DNA of 32,000 bases, taken from the NCBI GenBank assembly GCA_038832545.1, contig JAWBJM010000002.1, positions 1 to 32,000 on the forward strand, written 5' to 3'. This DNA is from Pyrobaculum sp. GTDB lineage: Archaea; Thermoproteota; Thermoprotei; Thermoproteales; Thermoproteaceae. Under the pieces are notes generated by a model. It saw only the letters and a program-made list of their open reading frames with translations. It was not told where the DNA came from and made no database searches. Position numbers and translations under genes: made by a program. Shown piece after piece: positions 7,577-15,404 of this stretch. Numbering within the stretch: the stretch's first letter is position 1; each line of letters begins with the position of its first letter.

Positions 7577-8267
7577 ACAACGCGCCGGCGGCTGTTATAT
7601 CCCGACGCTGTCCACGCAGATATCTGGCGGCCACACTCCGCCCGCCTATGGACTCCATAAATACCGCCGAGAGTTGATAATTTCACTATCTTATCAGAAC
7701 CACCTCGCCGTATACCATCGCCCACCTTGTAAGATAGGCGCAAGGAAGAGACCAATCAAGGGCTTGCTGGTGACGGCGGGAACATGGTATTACACGATAT
7801 GTAGCTGTACGGCCATATTACCAACGCCTCGCTTGGCCTTAGGGTCGTCGTAAGGCTCGTATAGTTGCTGACGAATACACCCCAGGGCGCTAGTTGCGCC
7901 GGGCGGAGGCGAAGACATGAGGAACGCGCCAACTGGTGTGTAATTGAGCCGTGTCATAAAGAGGCCAGAGTAGCGTGTGCGCTTGGGGGAGGGGCCAAAG
8001 TCAAAAGGGGATAGGAGGCCTAACGCCGTCACCCAGTGTGTAATATCGCTATTTGGCGCAGACGGCGTTATGTCCACGTGGCATGCGTACCCTCCCATGT
8101 GTGGAGAGAGGCAATAGACTTGCCGTTGTAAGAGATGTGGGAATTCGGAGAAGCGAGGTGCCTATACACAACGGGTTGAGTCTTGTGAAACACAAGAGAC
8201 TCTTGAGATTTGTCAAGTGTTCGAGGCTGGAGAAAAAAGATAAAAACACCTGACATTATACCGAGAG

Positions 8268-8345
8268 GGGCCCGTAGCTCAGCCCGGTTAGAGCGGCGGG
8301 CTTTTAACCCGTAGGTCGTGGGTTCGAATCCCACCGGGCCCGCCA
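8268..8345 (+). tRNA. tRNA-Lys (anticodon TTT), no intron, CCA encoded
   Basis: Hand-folded cloverleaf: acceptor GGGCCCG/CGGGCCC, D arm GCTC-AGCCCGGTTAG-AGC, anticodon arm GCGGG-CTTTTAA-CCCGT, T arm GTGGG-TTCGAAT-CCCAC, discriminator G plus CCA. An A/T box at 8232-8246 lies upstream. Confidence 0.92.
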
Positions 8346-8529
8346 CGTTGTTATAATTTTAGATGTACTAACCATCCTGTTTAAAAAGATGTAGAACGCA
8401 GTGGTGACACGCCGGAAGCCCCAACGCCTGGCGTTTTCTCTAGTTTGCGACTTTGTAACGGTTGATTGGGCGGCTGACACTGTGTGAAAAAAGACCTCCT
8501 AGTCGCCAAGGCGAAATAGACGTTGGCAA

Positions 8530-8643
8530 TGGGGCCGCCGGGATTTGAACCCGGGATCACGTGGGTACTTACCGCCTGTTGACGGTCCCAAGCCACGCCT
8601 TAGTGGGCAAGTGCCCAATCCTACCAAGCTAGACTACGGCCCT
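8530..8643 (-). tRNA. tRNA-Pro (anticodon TGG) with two introns (about 19 nt near position 25/26, about 21 nt in the anticodon loop)
   Basis: Reverse complement gives AGGGCCG-T-A-GTCT-AGCTTGGTA-GGAT[intron]G-CGTGG-CTTGGG[intron]-CCACG-TGATC-CCGGG-TTCAAAT-CCCGG-CGGCCCC-A. The anticodon TGG is at 8588-8590 (plus strand CCA). Introns lie at about 8599-8617 and 8565-8585. As read, position 1 is A opposite C72. TTTATAAA at 8663-8670 is about 24 nt upstream. Confidence 0.8.
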
Positions 8644-8662
8644 TGTTGATTTACTACGCGTA

Positions 8663-8670
8663 TTTATAAA
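8663..8670 (-). promoter_or_regulatory. TATA box (TTTATAAA) of tRNA-Pro
   Basis: Octamer within GTATTTATAAA, centred about 24 nt from the tRNA 5-prime end at 8643. Confidence 0.65.
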
Positions 8671-8681
8671 TTTTAGTATAG

Positions 8682-8813
<132 letters not shown>

Positions 8814-8833
8814 TTTGTGCTTTTTTCTACGTA

Positions 8834-8841
8834 TTTATAAA
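8834..8841 (-). promoter_or_regulatory. TATA box (TTTATAAA) of tRNA-Val; lies immediately downstream of the rpoP stop
   Basis: Same GTATTTATAAA context, centred about 24 nt from the tRNA 5-prime end at 8813. The rpoP stop codon is at 8847-8849. Confidence 0.65.
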
Positions 8842-8846
8842 GCTTT

Positions 8847-9005
8847 CTACACCGCTGGTATTCTCTTTACCATCTGGCTACGTACTTTCATAATAATTTT
8901 AAAATTACAGTAGGGACAGCGTATACCTGGCAGTATCTCCATTTCAGATTTTGAAAACGTTCTGCCACATTTCATACAGATATATATTTTTCTCTCTTCT
9001 GCCAT
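8847..9005 (-). CDS. rpoP: DNA-directed RNA polymerase subunit P (Rpo12/RpoP), 52 aa
   Basis: Hand translation: [52 protein letters not shown]. Two CxxC pairs form a zinc ribbon, and [14 protein letters not shown] matches archaeal RpoP. The ATG lies 3 nt after the nadM stop. Below the ORF-track cutoff. Confidence 0.85.
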   Translation of the reverse strand: MAEERKIYICMKCGRTFSKSEMEILPGIRCPYCNFKIIMKVRSQMVKRIPAV

Positions 9006-9008
9006 GGC

Positions 9009-9524
9009 CTACTGTTTCCTCTCAATATTTAAATTTGTTAGTTTTTTAATTCTATCAACTCCGCCAATTTCTTCTATATAATCTGCCACACTCTTAGGAA
9101 TTAATTCACGCCAGCGCTCATCGCCTTTAGCTATTAAAAACCTCACAAGCGTAGCAGAGTAGTCGCCAAATATTGGGTGGTCCTTCACTGGTATTTTCCA
9201 AAAGGCCAAGGACAACTCAACCCACGCGTTGTTGGAATACACTATGTCGTAGGGGGGGCACCAGTGACGGAGGTGCGCAGCCCATATTGTTGACTGGCCT
9301 CCGGTGTCTGGTATAGCGCAGTAAATTAGGCGGCAGTTTTCTCCAAAGTGTCTTCTAAACATTTCTAACCTCTCGCCTACGCTAAATGGGTTGTCTATCG
9401 TCATTGCCTTGTCTGCCGATCCTATGGCGACTACTACCTCTTTGTGTTGTGTCAATAGCCACTCTATTACTTTGACGTGGCCCCAGTGTAGAGGTTGAAA
9501 TCTGCCTATAAACAACGCCCTCAT
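9009..9524 (-). CDS. nadM: Nicotinamide-nucleotide adenylyltransferase (archaeal NMNAT)
   Basis: MRALFIGRFQPLHWGHVKVIEWLL carries the GRFQPxHxGH nucleotidyltransferase motif. The length of 171 aa is typical of archaeal NMNAT. Confidence 0.88.
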   Translation of the reverse strand: MRALFIGRFQPLHWGHVKVIEWLLTQHKEVVVAIGSADKAMTIDNPFSVGERLEMFRRHFGENCRLIYCAIPDTGGQSTIWAAHLRHWCPPYDIVYSNNAWVELSLAFWKIPVKDHPIFGDYSATLVRFLIAKGDERWRELIPKSVADYIEEIGGVDRIKKLTNLNIERKQ

Positions 9525-9555
9525 TAACGTTTATATTCTACAATACAATATTAAT

Positions 9556-9615
9556 ATTTAGTGATGGGGCAGTTCGCGGCTGAAGAGTGGTGAGGGGCAT
9601 ACAGACTGACTAAAT
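9556..9615 (+). ncRNA. C/D box sRNA (2-prime-O-methylation guide), candidate
   Basis: C box GTGATGG (9561-9567), 12-nt guide GGCAGTTCGCGG, D-prime CTGA (9580-9583), 3-nt spacer, C-prime GTGGTGA (9587-9593), 12-nt guide GGGGCATACAGA, D box CTGA (9606-9609). Terminal stem ATTTAG (9556-9561) pairs with CTAAAT (9610-9615). TATA-like GTTTATATT (9528-9536) lies about 26 nt upstream. Confidence 0.7.
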
Positions 9616-10470
9616 CCTTAGTAAAGAAGCCATGTGTAGCATCAATCTCACAATTTTTACAGCAGTGATGTCAGCCACGTCGTTTGGCGGAGAGTATTCC
9701 ATTATGTCTACTGCTACGGGTTTTGTATTAGCCATTACGTCGGCTATTAGTGTTTCAAGTTTTTTATAAGACAGCCCCCCAGCTTCTGGAGTACCCACGC
9801 CCGGGGCCTCGGCAGGATCTAAGACATCTATGTCTAGGCTTAAGTAAACTCTGCCAGATACAGTTGACAACGCATCTGAGATATTTTCTCTACTAAAGTC
9901 GCTCCCCTCTACTATATAAAAGCCAGCGTCTTTAGCATAAGTCATCTCTATGTCGTCATACGCTCTAGGCCCTATGTACACAACGTACATGTCTAATTCT
10001 TCATGGGCTCTTCTTACAAATGTAGCGTGTGAGATCTTTTGACCTGGAGGCCACTCATCTCTTAGGTCAAGATGTGCATCGATATGTATATAGGTGTTTG
10101 GCTTAATGACTCTAAGCGCTGCCAATGTCGCTGTGTGCTCGCCCCCAATCATTATAAACAATTCACCTATGTTTTTTACAAAATTTTCGATTATCTTTAA
10201 GTTTTTCTCAGGGTAGCCTTTTAATAATTCAATATCTCCTAGATCACACATTGGCGTAGATATATTTCCAAACATAGTTGTGTATTCAAGATATGGGAGG
10301 ATACTTCTAACTTTTTGAGGTCCGAATCTCGTCCCCGGTCTAAAACTCAAAGTGTCTTCCATCGGCGCACCAAATAGTTTAATATCTCTATCTCTACATA
10401 CAGACTTAATCATGACGTTTTGAAGTAATAGAGATACAAGTTTTTCGTATTCAATATTACAATTTGCCAC
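9610..10470 (-). CDS. speB: Agmatinase (arginase/ureohydrolase family)
   Basis: Mn-binding motifs GGEHTAT, DAHLDLRD and SLDIDVLDPAEAPGVGTPEAGGLS. The true start may be an internal Met (MIKSV... at about 10413). Confidence 0.88.
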   Translation of the reverse strand: MANCNIEYEKLVSLLLQNVMIKSVCRDRDIKLFGAPMEDTLSFRPGTRFGPQKVRSILPYLEYTTMFGNISTPMCDLGDIELLKGYPEKNLKIIENFVKNIGELFIMIGGEHTATLAALRVIKPNTYIHIDAHLDLRDEWPPGQKISHATFVRRAHEELDMYVVYIGPRAYDDIEMTYAKDAGFYIVEGSDFSRENISDALSTVSGRVYLSLDIDVLDPAEAPGVGTPEAGGLSYKKLETLIADVMANTKPVAVDIMEYSPPNDVADITAVKIVRLMLHMASLLRI

Positions 10471-11264
10471 TACGTCTTTTCTTAAGAGGGACCACTTTTA
10501 TATCTACGTGTACTATAAGTGGATGTAGTCTAGTTATTGATTTAATTGCTTTACTTCTCAAGATATGGAGCTTTCCCACAGTCATATCTGAATTAACGGC
10601 TACAAGTGAATAAACTACTAAAAAACTGCCGGCGCGTCTAATTTTCACAACAACAGGCCTCCCCAGCTCACCTAACGCTTTCTTTATTTGACCTCTAAGA
10701 GCGGGATCTCTGTACCGAGTACTCCGTATAGGGCCTCTTTTGAAAGTTTAATGAATTCAATCGCGGCGTATCCATAGATTAAAAATATGGCGAAAATTTC
10801 AATTAGTGTAAAGTTGAAGTAATTACTGACTATTACAGAGATCGCAGACACTGTCGAAAGTATCGCCATCTACTTTAGCGTGTGTCAGCTTTTAAAATTT
10901 CAAGCTTTAGAACTCTGTAATTATATCTCTGCCATAGGTACATAAAATAGGTCAGCACGCCGCCGGCGGCGAGAAGTGTCGTAATCCACGGCGGCGTGTC
11001 TATTCTCAAAGACGTAGTTAAAAAGTGTGTACTCAACACAGCTAGAGCTGTCAATAGCGCCAGTAGGCTTTCTAATCTATACACTTCCCACGGAAATGAA
11101 CGCCCCCTCCTAGATGCATAGTATAGGCCGAAGCCCGCTATATACGCAATGGCGGCGTCCATAAGGCCGTATATCGCGTCGCTGATTACTAAGAGGCTTT
11201 CGTACATTAAAATCTCGGCAATTGTATAGGCGATTGATATAGTAGGTACAGAGAGGCGAGCCAC
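10457..11264 (-). pseudogene. Cation diffusion facilitator (CDF) family transporter, disrupted into three collinear ORFs
   Basis: ORF 10875-11264 encodes TM1-4 (SLLVISDAIYGLMD and FPWEVYRLESL resemble the CDF motifs SxALxADAxHxxxD and PxGHxRxE). ORF 10684-10869 encodes TM5-6. A third frame, open from 10747 down to 10457, encodes a CDF-like cytoplasmic domain (DPALRGQIKKALGELGRPVVVKIRRAGSFLVVYSLVAVNSDMTV...HVDIKVVP). Frame breaks lie at about 10867-10877 and about 10703-10747. Confidence 0.55.
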
Positions 11265-11327
11265 AGCCTTGTAGATGGCTTCACTCTAGATGAAGAAAGA
11301 CTTAAAATATATACCTAGAAAGAGGCG

Positions 11328-13076
11328 ATGGGTAGAGCGGAGCTATTAGAGGATATTGTCAAAAGAAGACTATTGTGGTGGCCATCTTCTGAGATATACG
11401 GCGGAGTCGGGGGGTTTTACGACTACGGCCCTCTGGCCGTCCAAATGCGGCGCAATATTGTGGAAAAATGGCGACGTATTTTCATACTCCCATACCAAGA
11501 GACAATTGTAGAAGTAGAGACGCCTGTACTTATGCCAGAGCCCGTTTTCAAGGCCTCTGGTCATATAGACCACTTTACTGATTTTGTAGTCACGTGTACA
11601 AAATGTGGGCGGAAGTACAGAGCGGATCACCTAGTGGAAGAGGAGTTGGCTAGGAGGGGGCTTCGGGTAAACACAGAGGGTTTGTCCGCTGAGGATCTTG
11701 ACAGATTGATATCTGAACACAGTATCACATGCCCCGCATGTGGCGGAGGTTTTGGCAGAGTAGATAAGTTTAACTTACTGTTTAAAACCACTATTGGTCC
11801 CTATAGTGAAAACGCTGGATATATGAGGCCTGAGACCGCTCAGGGAATTTTTGTCGCATTTCCACGACTGGCTGAATACGTAGGTAGAAAACATCCATTT
11901 GGAGTAGCTCAAATTGGGCGTGTGGGTAGAAATGAAATTTCGCCAAGAGGCGGTTTAATAAGGCTTAGAGAATTTACACAAATGGAGATAGAACTCTTCT
12001 TCGACCCACATAATCCACACTGTCCATATTTTACAGAAGTTGAAACAGTAGAAGTGCCCATCGTGCCTGAGGAGAACGTGGCGAGAGGAGTCTCTGAGCC
12101 GTTATACATAACTGCCAGAGAAGTGGTGGAGAGAGGCTACGCCAACGAGTGGATGGCGTTTTTTATGGCATTGGCGACAAAGTTTTTAATAGAACTGGGA
12201 GTCCCCCTAGAGCGGCAGAAATTCTTGGGGAAGTTGCCTCACGAACGTGCTCACTATTCAGCTAAGTCTTATGACCAAATGGTCTTCACAGAGAGATTTG
12301 GGTGGGTAGAGGTGTCTGGCCACGCGTATAGAACAGACTACGACTTGTCTGGCCATGCAAAACACAGTGGGAAGGAGATGTATCTAGAGCGGAGGCTCCC
12401 CACGCCTCGCGTGGTTGAGACTGCCAGACTTTATCCCAACCCTACGGCAATAAGACAGAGATACGGTGAGAAAATGGGCGACGTTATAAAGATATTGAAA
12501 GAAAACGAAGAGATTATAATTAGACAGTTGGGCGAGGGGAAGAAAGAAGTGATTTTTTCTGACATAGTCATAACGTCAGACATGGTCTACTTAAAGACAG
12601 AGAAGAGGAAGACAGATTTAGAGAAATTTGTGCCACATGTCGTAGAGCCGTCTTTTGGACTTGATAGAATTCTATATGTGGTGTTAGAACACGCCGTGGT
12701 AGAGGAGGGGGGTAGAGTCTACCTCAAACTACCCCCAGAGATTGCGCCGGTGTCAGTCTGTGTATTGCCAATTGTGAAGAAAGAAGAGTATGTAAAAATA
12801 GGACGTAGTCTAGTCAAGAGGCTAGCACTAGAGGGTTTTGCTGTGCATTATGACGACGAGGGCACTATAGGCAGTAGATATGCCGCATGTGATGAAATAG
12901 GCACGCCTCTAGCTGTGACGATAGATGAAAAGACGCCGGTGGATCACACAGTTACAATACGCAATAGAGACGACAAGAGGCAAGTAAGAGTTAAAATAGA
13001 AGACGTTCCGCAATTTGTTACATTAGTCATAAGAGGCCACTCATTTGACCAAGCACTAGAGAGACTCTATGGGTAG
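11328..13076 (+). CDS. glyS: Glycine--tRNA ligase (archaeal/eukaryotic-type class II GlyRS)
   Basis: 582 aa. N-terminus RRLLWWPSSEIYGGVGGFYDYGPLAVQMRRNI, class II motifs (RPETAQGIF, FRNEISPRGGLIRLREFTQME-like, GLDRILY) and a C-terminal anticodon-binding domain. Confidence 0.93.
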   Translation: MGRAELLEDIVKRRLLWWPSSEIYGGVGGFYDYGPLAVQMRRNIVEKWRRIFILPYQETIVEVETPVLMPEPVFKASGHIDHFTDFVVTCTKCGRKYRADHLVEEELARRGLRVNTEGLSAEDLDRLISEHSITCPACGGGFGRVDKFNLLFKTTIGPYSENAGYMRPETAQGIFVAFPRLAEYVGRKHPFGVAQIGRVGRNEISPRGGLIRLREFTQMEIELFFDPHNPHCPYFTEVETVEVPIVPEENVARGVSEPLYITAREVVERGYANEWMAFFMALATKFLIELGVPLERQKFLGKLPHERAHYSAKSYDQMVFTERFGWVEVSGHAYRTDYDLSGHAKHSGKEMYLERRLPTPRVVETARLYPNPTAIRQRYGEKMGDVIKILKENEEIIIRQLGEGKKEVIFSDIVITSDMVYLKTEKRKTDLEKFVPHVVEPSFGLDRILYVVLEHAVVEEGGRVYLKLPPEIAPVSVCVLPIVKKEEYVKIGRSLVKRLALEGFAVHYDDEGTIGSRYAACDEIGTPLAVTIDEKTPVDHTVTIRNRDDKRQVRVKIEDVPQFVTLVIRGHSFDQALERLYG

Positions 13077-13157
13077 AAAGACTTGAACAGCTTCAAAAAT
13101 TTTCAGTTTGTAACTTCGTAAGCATCTAAGTTTATATCCATGTATGGTTTCTTATCT

Positions 13158-13505
13158 ATGGGTGAAGGAAGAGATATAGAACGTGGTAAAAAGTTACTCA
13201 TACCGCCATTTCTCACACCTCAACGAGAAAAAAAAGAGGAAAAGAAAGGAGAGCGTAAGGCGAGAGTAAAATCTGGAGAAGTAGACGAGGGTGTAGTGAA
13301 AATCTCTCCGTCGCTTTATGAGGCGTTAGATAAGCCTCAAGAGGTAGAGGTAGTAGCGCCAGGCGGCTCCTCCCATGAAAAAAAGAAAGTGTTTAAAGTC
13401 TTGGTGGATGAGAAAGTTCCCCAGGGCGAAGTCCATCTCTCAGCAGAAGACCTCAGATCTTTGGGTATAGCCGAGAACACCGTAGTTACAGTTAGAAAGA
13501 AATGA
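13158..13505 (+). CDS. Hypothetical protein; Lys/Glu-rich N-terminus and a possible AbrB / CDC48-N-like beta-barrel C-terminus
   Basis: The track ORF starts at 13140. I prefer the in-frame ATG at 13158, which lies about 24 nt downstream of TTTATAT (13131-13137). The C-terminus [13 protein letters not shown]...[26 protein letters not shown] resembles swapped-hairpin or double-psi barrel modules. Its stop overlaps the endA start (ATGA). Confidence 0.5.
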   Translation: MGEGRDIERGKKLLIPPFLTPQREKKEEKKGERKARVKSGEVDEGVVKISPSLYEALDKPQEVEVVAPGGSSHEKKKVFKVLVDEKVPQGEVHLSAEDLRSLGIAENTVVTVRKK

Positions 13506-14053
13506 GGGGCTTATTGAAGGGGCTTGCTGTAGTAGTTGAAGACGTCGGGTATGCTAGACAACTATATAGAGAAGGCTTTTACGGCCGTTTTCTAGGCTAC
13601 GACAAAGTAAAGAGAGAAGAAGTAGACAGAGTCGACGCTCCTCTAATTTTAGCACTTTACGAAGCTTTGTATTTAGCAGAGAGGGGGCGGCTCAGAGTTT
13701 TTACTGAAGACGGCGTCGAGGTTTCTATTGAGAAACTGGCGGCTCTAGGTCGAGAAAAATTAAAGAACTTTGATGAAATTTATAAAATCTATAAGTACTT
13801 CAGAGACTTAGGCTATGTTGTTAAAAGCGGTTTAAAGTTCGGCGCGTTGTTCTCAGTTTATGAAAAGGGGCCTGGTATAGATCACGCGCCGATGGTCGTT
13901 GTGTTTCTCGAGCCAGATAGAGGTATCTCCGCCACTGACATCACGAGAGGGGGTAGGTTAGGGCATAGCGTGAAGAAGACCTTCACATTAGCTACGATTT
14001 CTAAACACAGTGGCGATGTGGTGTTACTCGGCTTTTCGTGGGCACGTTTATAG
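13502..14053 (+). CDS. endA: tRNA-splicing endonuclease, catalytic subunit
   Basis: 183 aa with [13 protein letters not shown] and [37 protein letters not shown], the Y/H/K catalytic-core pattern of archaeal EndA. Confidence 0.88.
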   Translation: MRGLLKGLAVVVEDVGYARQLYREGFYGRFLGYDKVKREEVDRVDAPLILALYEALYLAERGRLRVFTEDGVEVSIEKLAALGREKLKNFDEIYKIYKYFRDLGYVVKSGLKFGALFSVYEKGPGIDHAPMVVVFLEPDRGISATDITRGGRLGHSVKKTFTLATISKHSGDVVLLGFSWARL

Positions 14054-14080
14054 TTTATTAAGAATAATCCACATAGTCAC

Positions 14081-14701
14081 ATGGCCACGGCAAGTAGAGC
14101 CTCTCTAGAACAAGAAATATATCTAAGATCGCTTACTGGTTATTTAGTAGGGCAGAATTTACTAGACGACTATAAAAAAGTGGCAGTTGTCACATACCCA
14201 GATAGGATTTGTAGCGCTATGGCTGCTGCCCTCGTTACATCCTATATATCAAAGGGTAATTATAGAGATGAGGCTGCAGTTGTTTACACATATGAAGATG
14301 GTAAAGAGAATGAAATTGCTAAGAAAATTGTAGAGAGTAAACCAGACGTAGTGTATATATCTTTTGGCGGAGAGCAGAAATTAAGTTACGTAGCTGAGAT
14401 CACTAAGCGTCTATTAACTGCCCTTAGTCAACAGGGCTATAGTGGAGCTTTGGCAATACACGTAAGGACTTGGCTAGCGACTAAACAACTCTCGACAGTG
14501 TTGGCTGATGAAAAATTAGGGTCTTACTTAACTACGTTGAGAGAGATAAGGCTATTTACTGCAGATGTGCCCAATAGGAAGTTTATATTCCATAAAGTTA
14601 AAATCGAGGGAGGAGTTGCAAAACCTGAAAAATATAGAGAGGTACAAATTACTGAAGAACATGCAAAGTTGTTGAGTATTTCACTTCCGCCGCCTGAGTA
14701 A
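14081..14701 (+). CDS. Hypothetical protein (206 aa)
   Basis: Clean ORF with an ATG start and an A/T box (TTTATTAAGAATAAT, 14054-14068) upstream. An alternating beta/alpha-like pattern is visible (KKVAVVTYPD..., KPDVVYISFGG). I recognise no family. Confidence 0.55.
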   Translation: MATASRASLEQEIYLRSLTGYLVGQNLLDDYKKVAVVTYPDRICSAMAAALVTSYISKGNYRDEAAVVYTYEDGKENEIAKKIVESKPDVVYISFGGEQKLSYVAEITKRLLTALSQQGYSGALAIHVRTWLATKQLSTVLADEKLGSYLTTLREIRLFTADVPNRKFIFHKVKIEGGVAKPEKYREVQITEEHAKLLSISLPPPE

Positions 14702-15088
14702 TTAATCGATTTTTAACTCTGCTATTCCGTATTCACCAGCTTTTGTCACCACTATCTGCAGCACTCCATCTCTATAAACAGCTTTTGCGCTGTCAACTCT
14801 AAGTCTGAAGGGCAGTTCGATTTTTCTAGACACTGGGAAGTTCGACATTCTTTCTCTTCTAAGTGGTTTGCCCGCCCCCTCTTGTTGAGAAGGAGACGCC
14901 AATACTTCAATAGACCTGTCGTAGACTCTAACTTTTATATTTTCTTTTTTCACGCCGGGCAGGTCTACGTATAGAATAACAACTTCACCTGCGTCAAAAA
15001 TATCTACGTCGGGGACTCTCTCTATTTTTCCAACGTTTGTATCATAGAGCTCTTTTAGCCCTTCTTCTATCTTTTTTACAGGCTCCAT
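14702..15088 (-). CDS. hsp20: Small heat shock protein (Hsp20 / alpha-crystallin family)
   Basis: Alpha-crystallin domain: VDIFDAGEVVILYVDLPGVKKENIKVRVYDRSIEV ... AKAVYRDGVLQIVV. Confidence 0.9.
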   Translation of the reverse strand: MEPVKKIEEGLKELYDTNVGKIERVPDVDIFDAGEVVILYVDLPGVKKENIKVRVYDRSIEVLASPSQQEGAGKPLRRERMSNFPVSRKIELPFRLRVDSAKAVYRDGVLQIVVTKAGEYGIAELKID

Positions 15089-15137
15089 GTAAAAACATAC
15101 TATCGGTTAAAAAACAAGTATTGAGGTATTACTAGAA

Positions 15138-15356
15138 TTATTTAGGTTGAACTACGCCTATCACCTCTCCGTACGTATTTATTGGGAATGAACGGCCGCA
15201 TTTTGGACAGTTTATACTAAACCCTATGTTGTACCAACTCTCTCCAATCTCTACCTCAAATTTGTGTTTACAGTATGGACATGTGGCACGTACTTTTAAC
15301 GTTTTTTCTAACTCGCCTCCAGAATACTCCCAGTCCTCTGGGAATTCTTGTGCCAT
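15138..15356 (-). CDS. Small zinc-ribbon protein (72 aa)
   Basis: CPYC...CPKC zinc ribbon. I chose the internal ATG at 15356 (MAQEFPEDW...) because the longer track ORF (to 15479) would run through the divergent promoter and into the nitroreductase gene. A TATA element lies about 25 nt upstream. Confidence 0.6.
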   Translation of the reverse strand: MAQEFPEDWEYSGGELEKTLKVRATCPYCKHKFEVEIGESWYNIGFSINCPKCGRSFPINTYGEVIGVVQPK

Positions 15357-15375
15357 TGGGGGGAGAGGATGGTAT

Positions 15376-15387
15376 CTATATAAAAAT
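15376..15387. promoter_or_regulatory. Shared A/T-rich TATA element in a 48-nt divergent intergenic region
   Basis: CTATATAAAAAT lies about 25 nt from ATG 15356 (minus strand) and about 24 nt from GTG 15405 (plus strand). Both mRNAs would be leaderless. Confidence 0.5.
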
Positions 15388-15404
15388 TTTCGTCTAATCT
15401 CTCT

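Noticed and set aside
7790-8098. 102-aa minus-strand ORF as a gene
   Set aside because: There is no TATA-like element upstream, no recognisable motif, and the region is GC-rich where random ORFs are long. I kept it only as a note within the non-coding-region finding.
4792-8345. Looked for att-like direct repeats of tRNA-Lys/Pro/Val segments and for an integrase flanking the peptide/rSAM/MFS islet
   Set aside because: No repeat longer than about 6 nt was found by eye, and no integrase-like ORF is present. The island idea is therefore kept only as a low-confidence inference.
8049-8596. ORFs 8049-8249(-), 8053-8253(+), 8068-8346(-), 8381-8596(-)
   Set aside because: The last two run through tRNA-Lys and tRNA-Pro, and the others lie in the hairpin-rich spacer. 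None has coding features.
10457-10869. Treating 10457-10648 and 10684-10869 as independent small genes
   Set aside because: Their translations continue a CDF transporter, as TM5-6 and the cytoplasmic domain, in the correct order after 10875-11264. The frame of the last piece is open well upstream of its nominal GTG. A pseudogene interpretation is more parsimonious.
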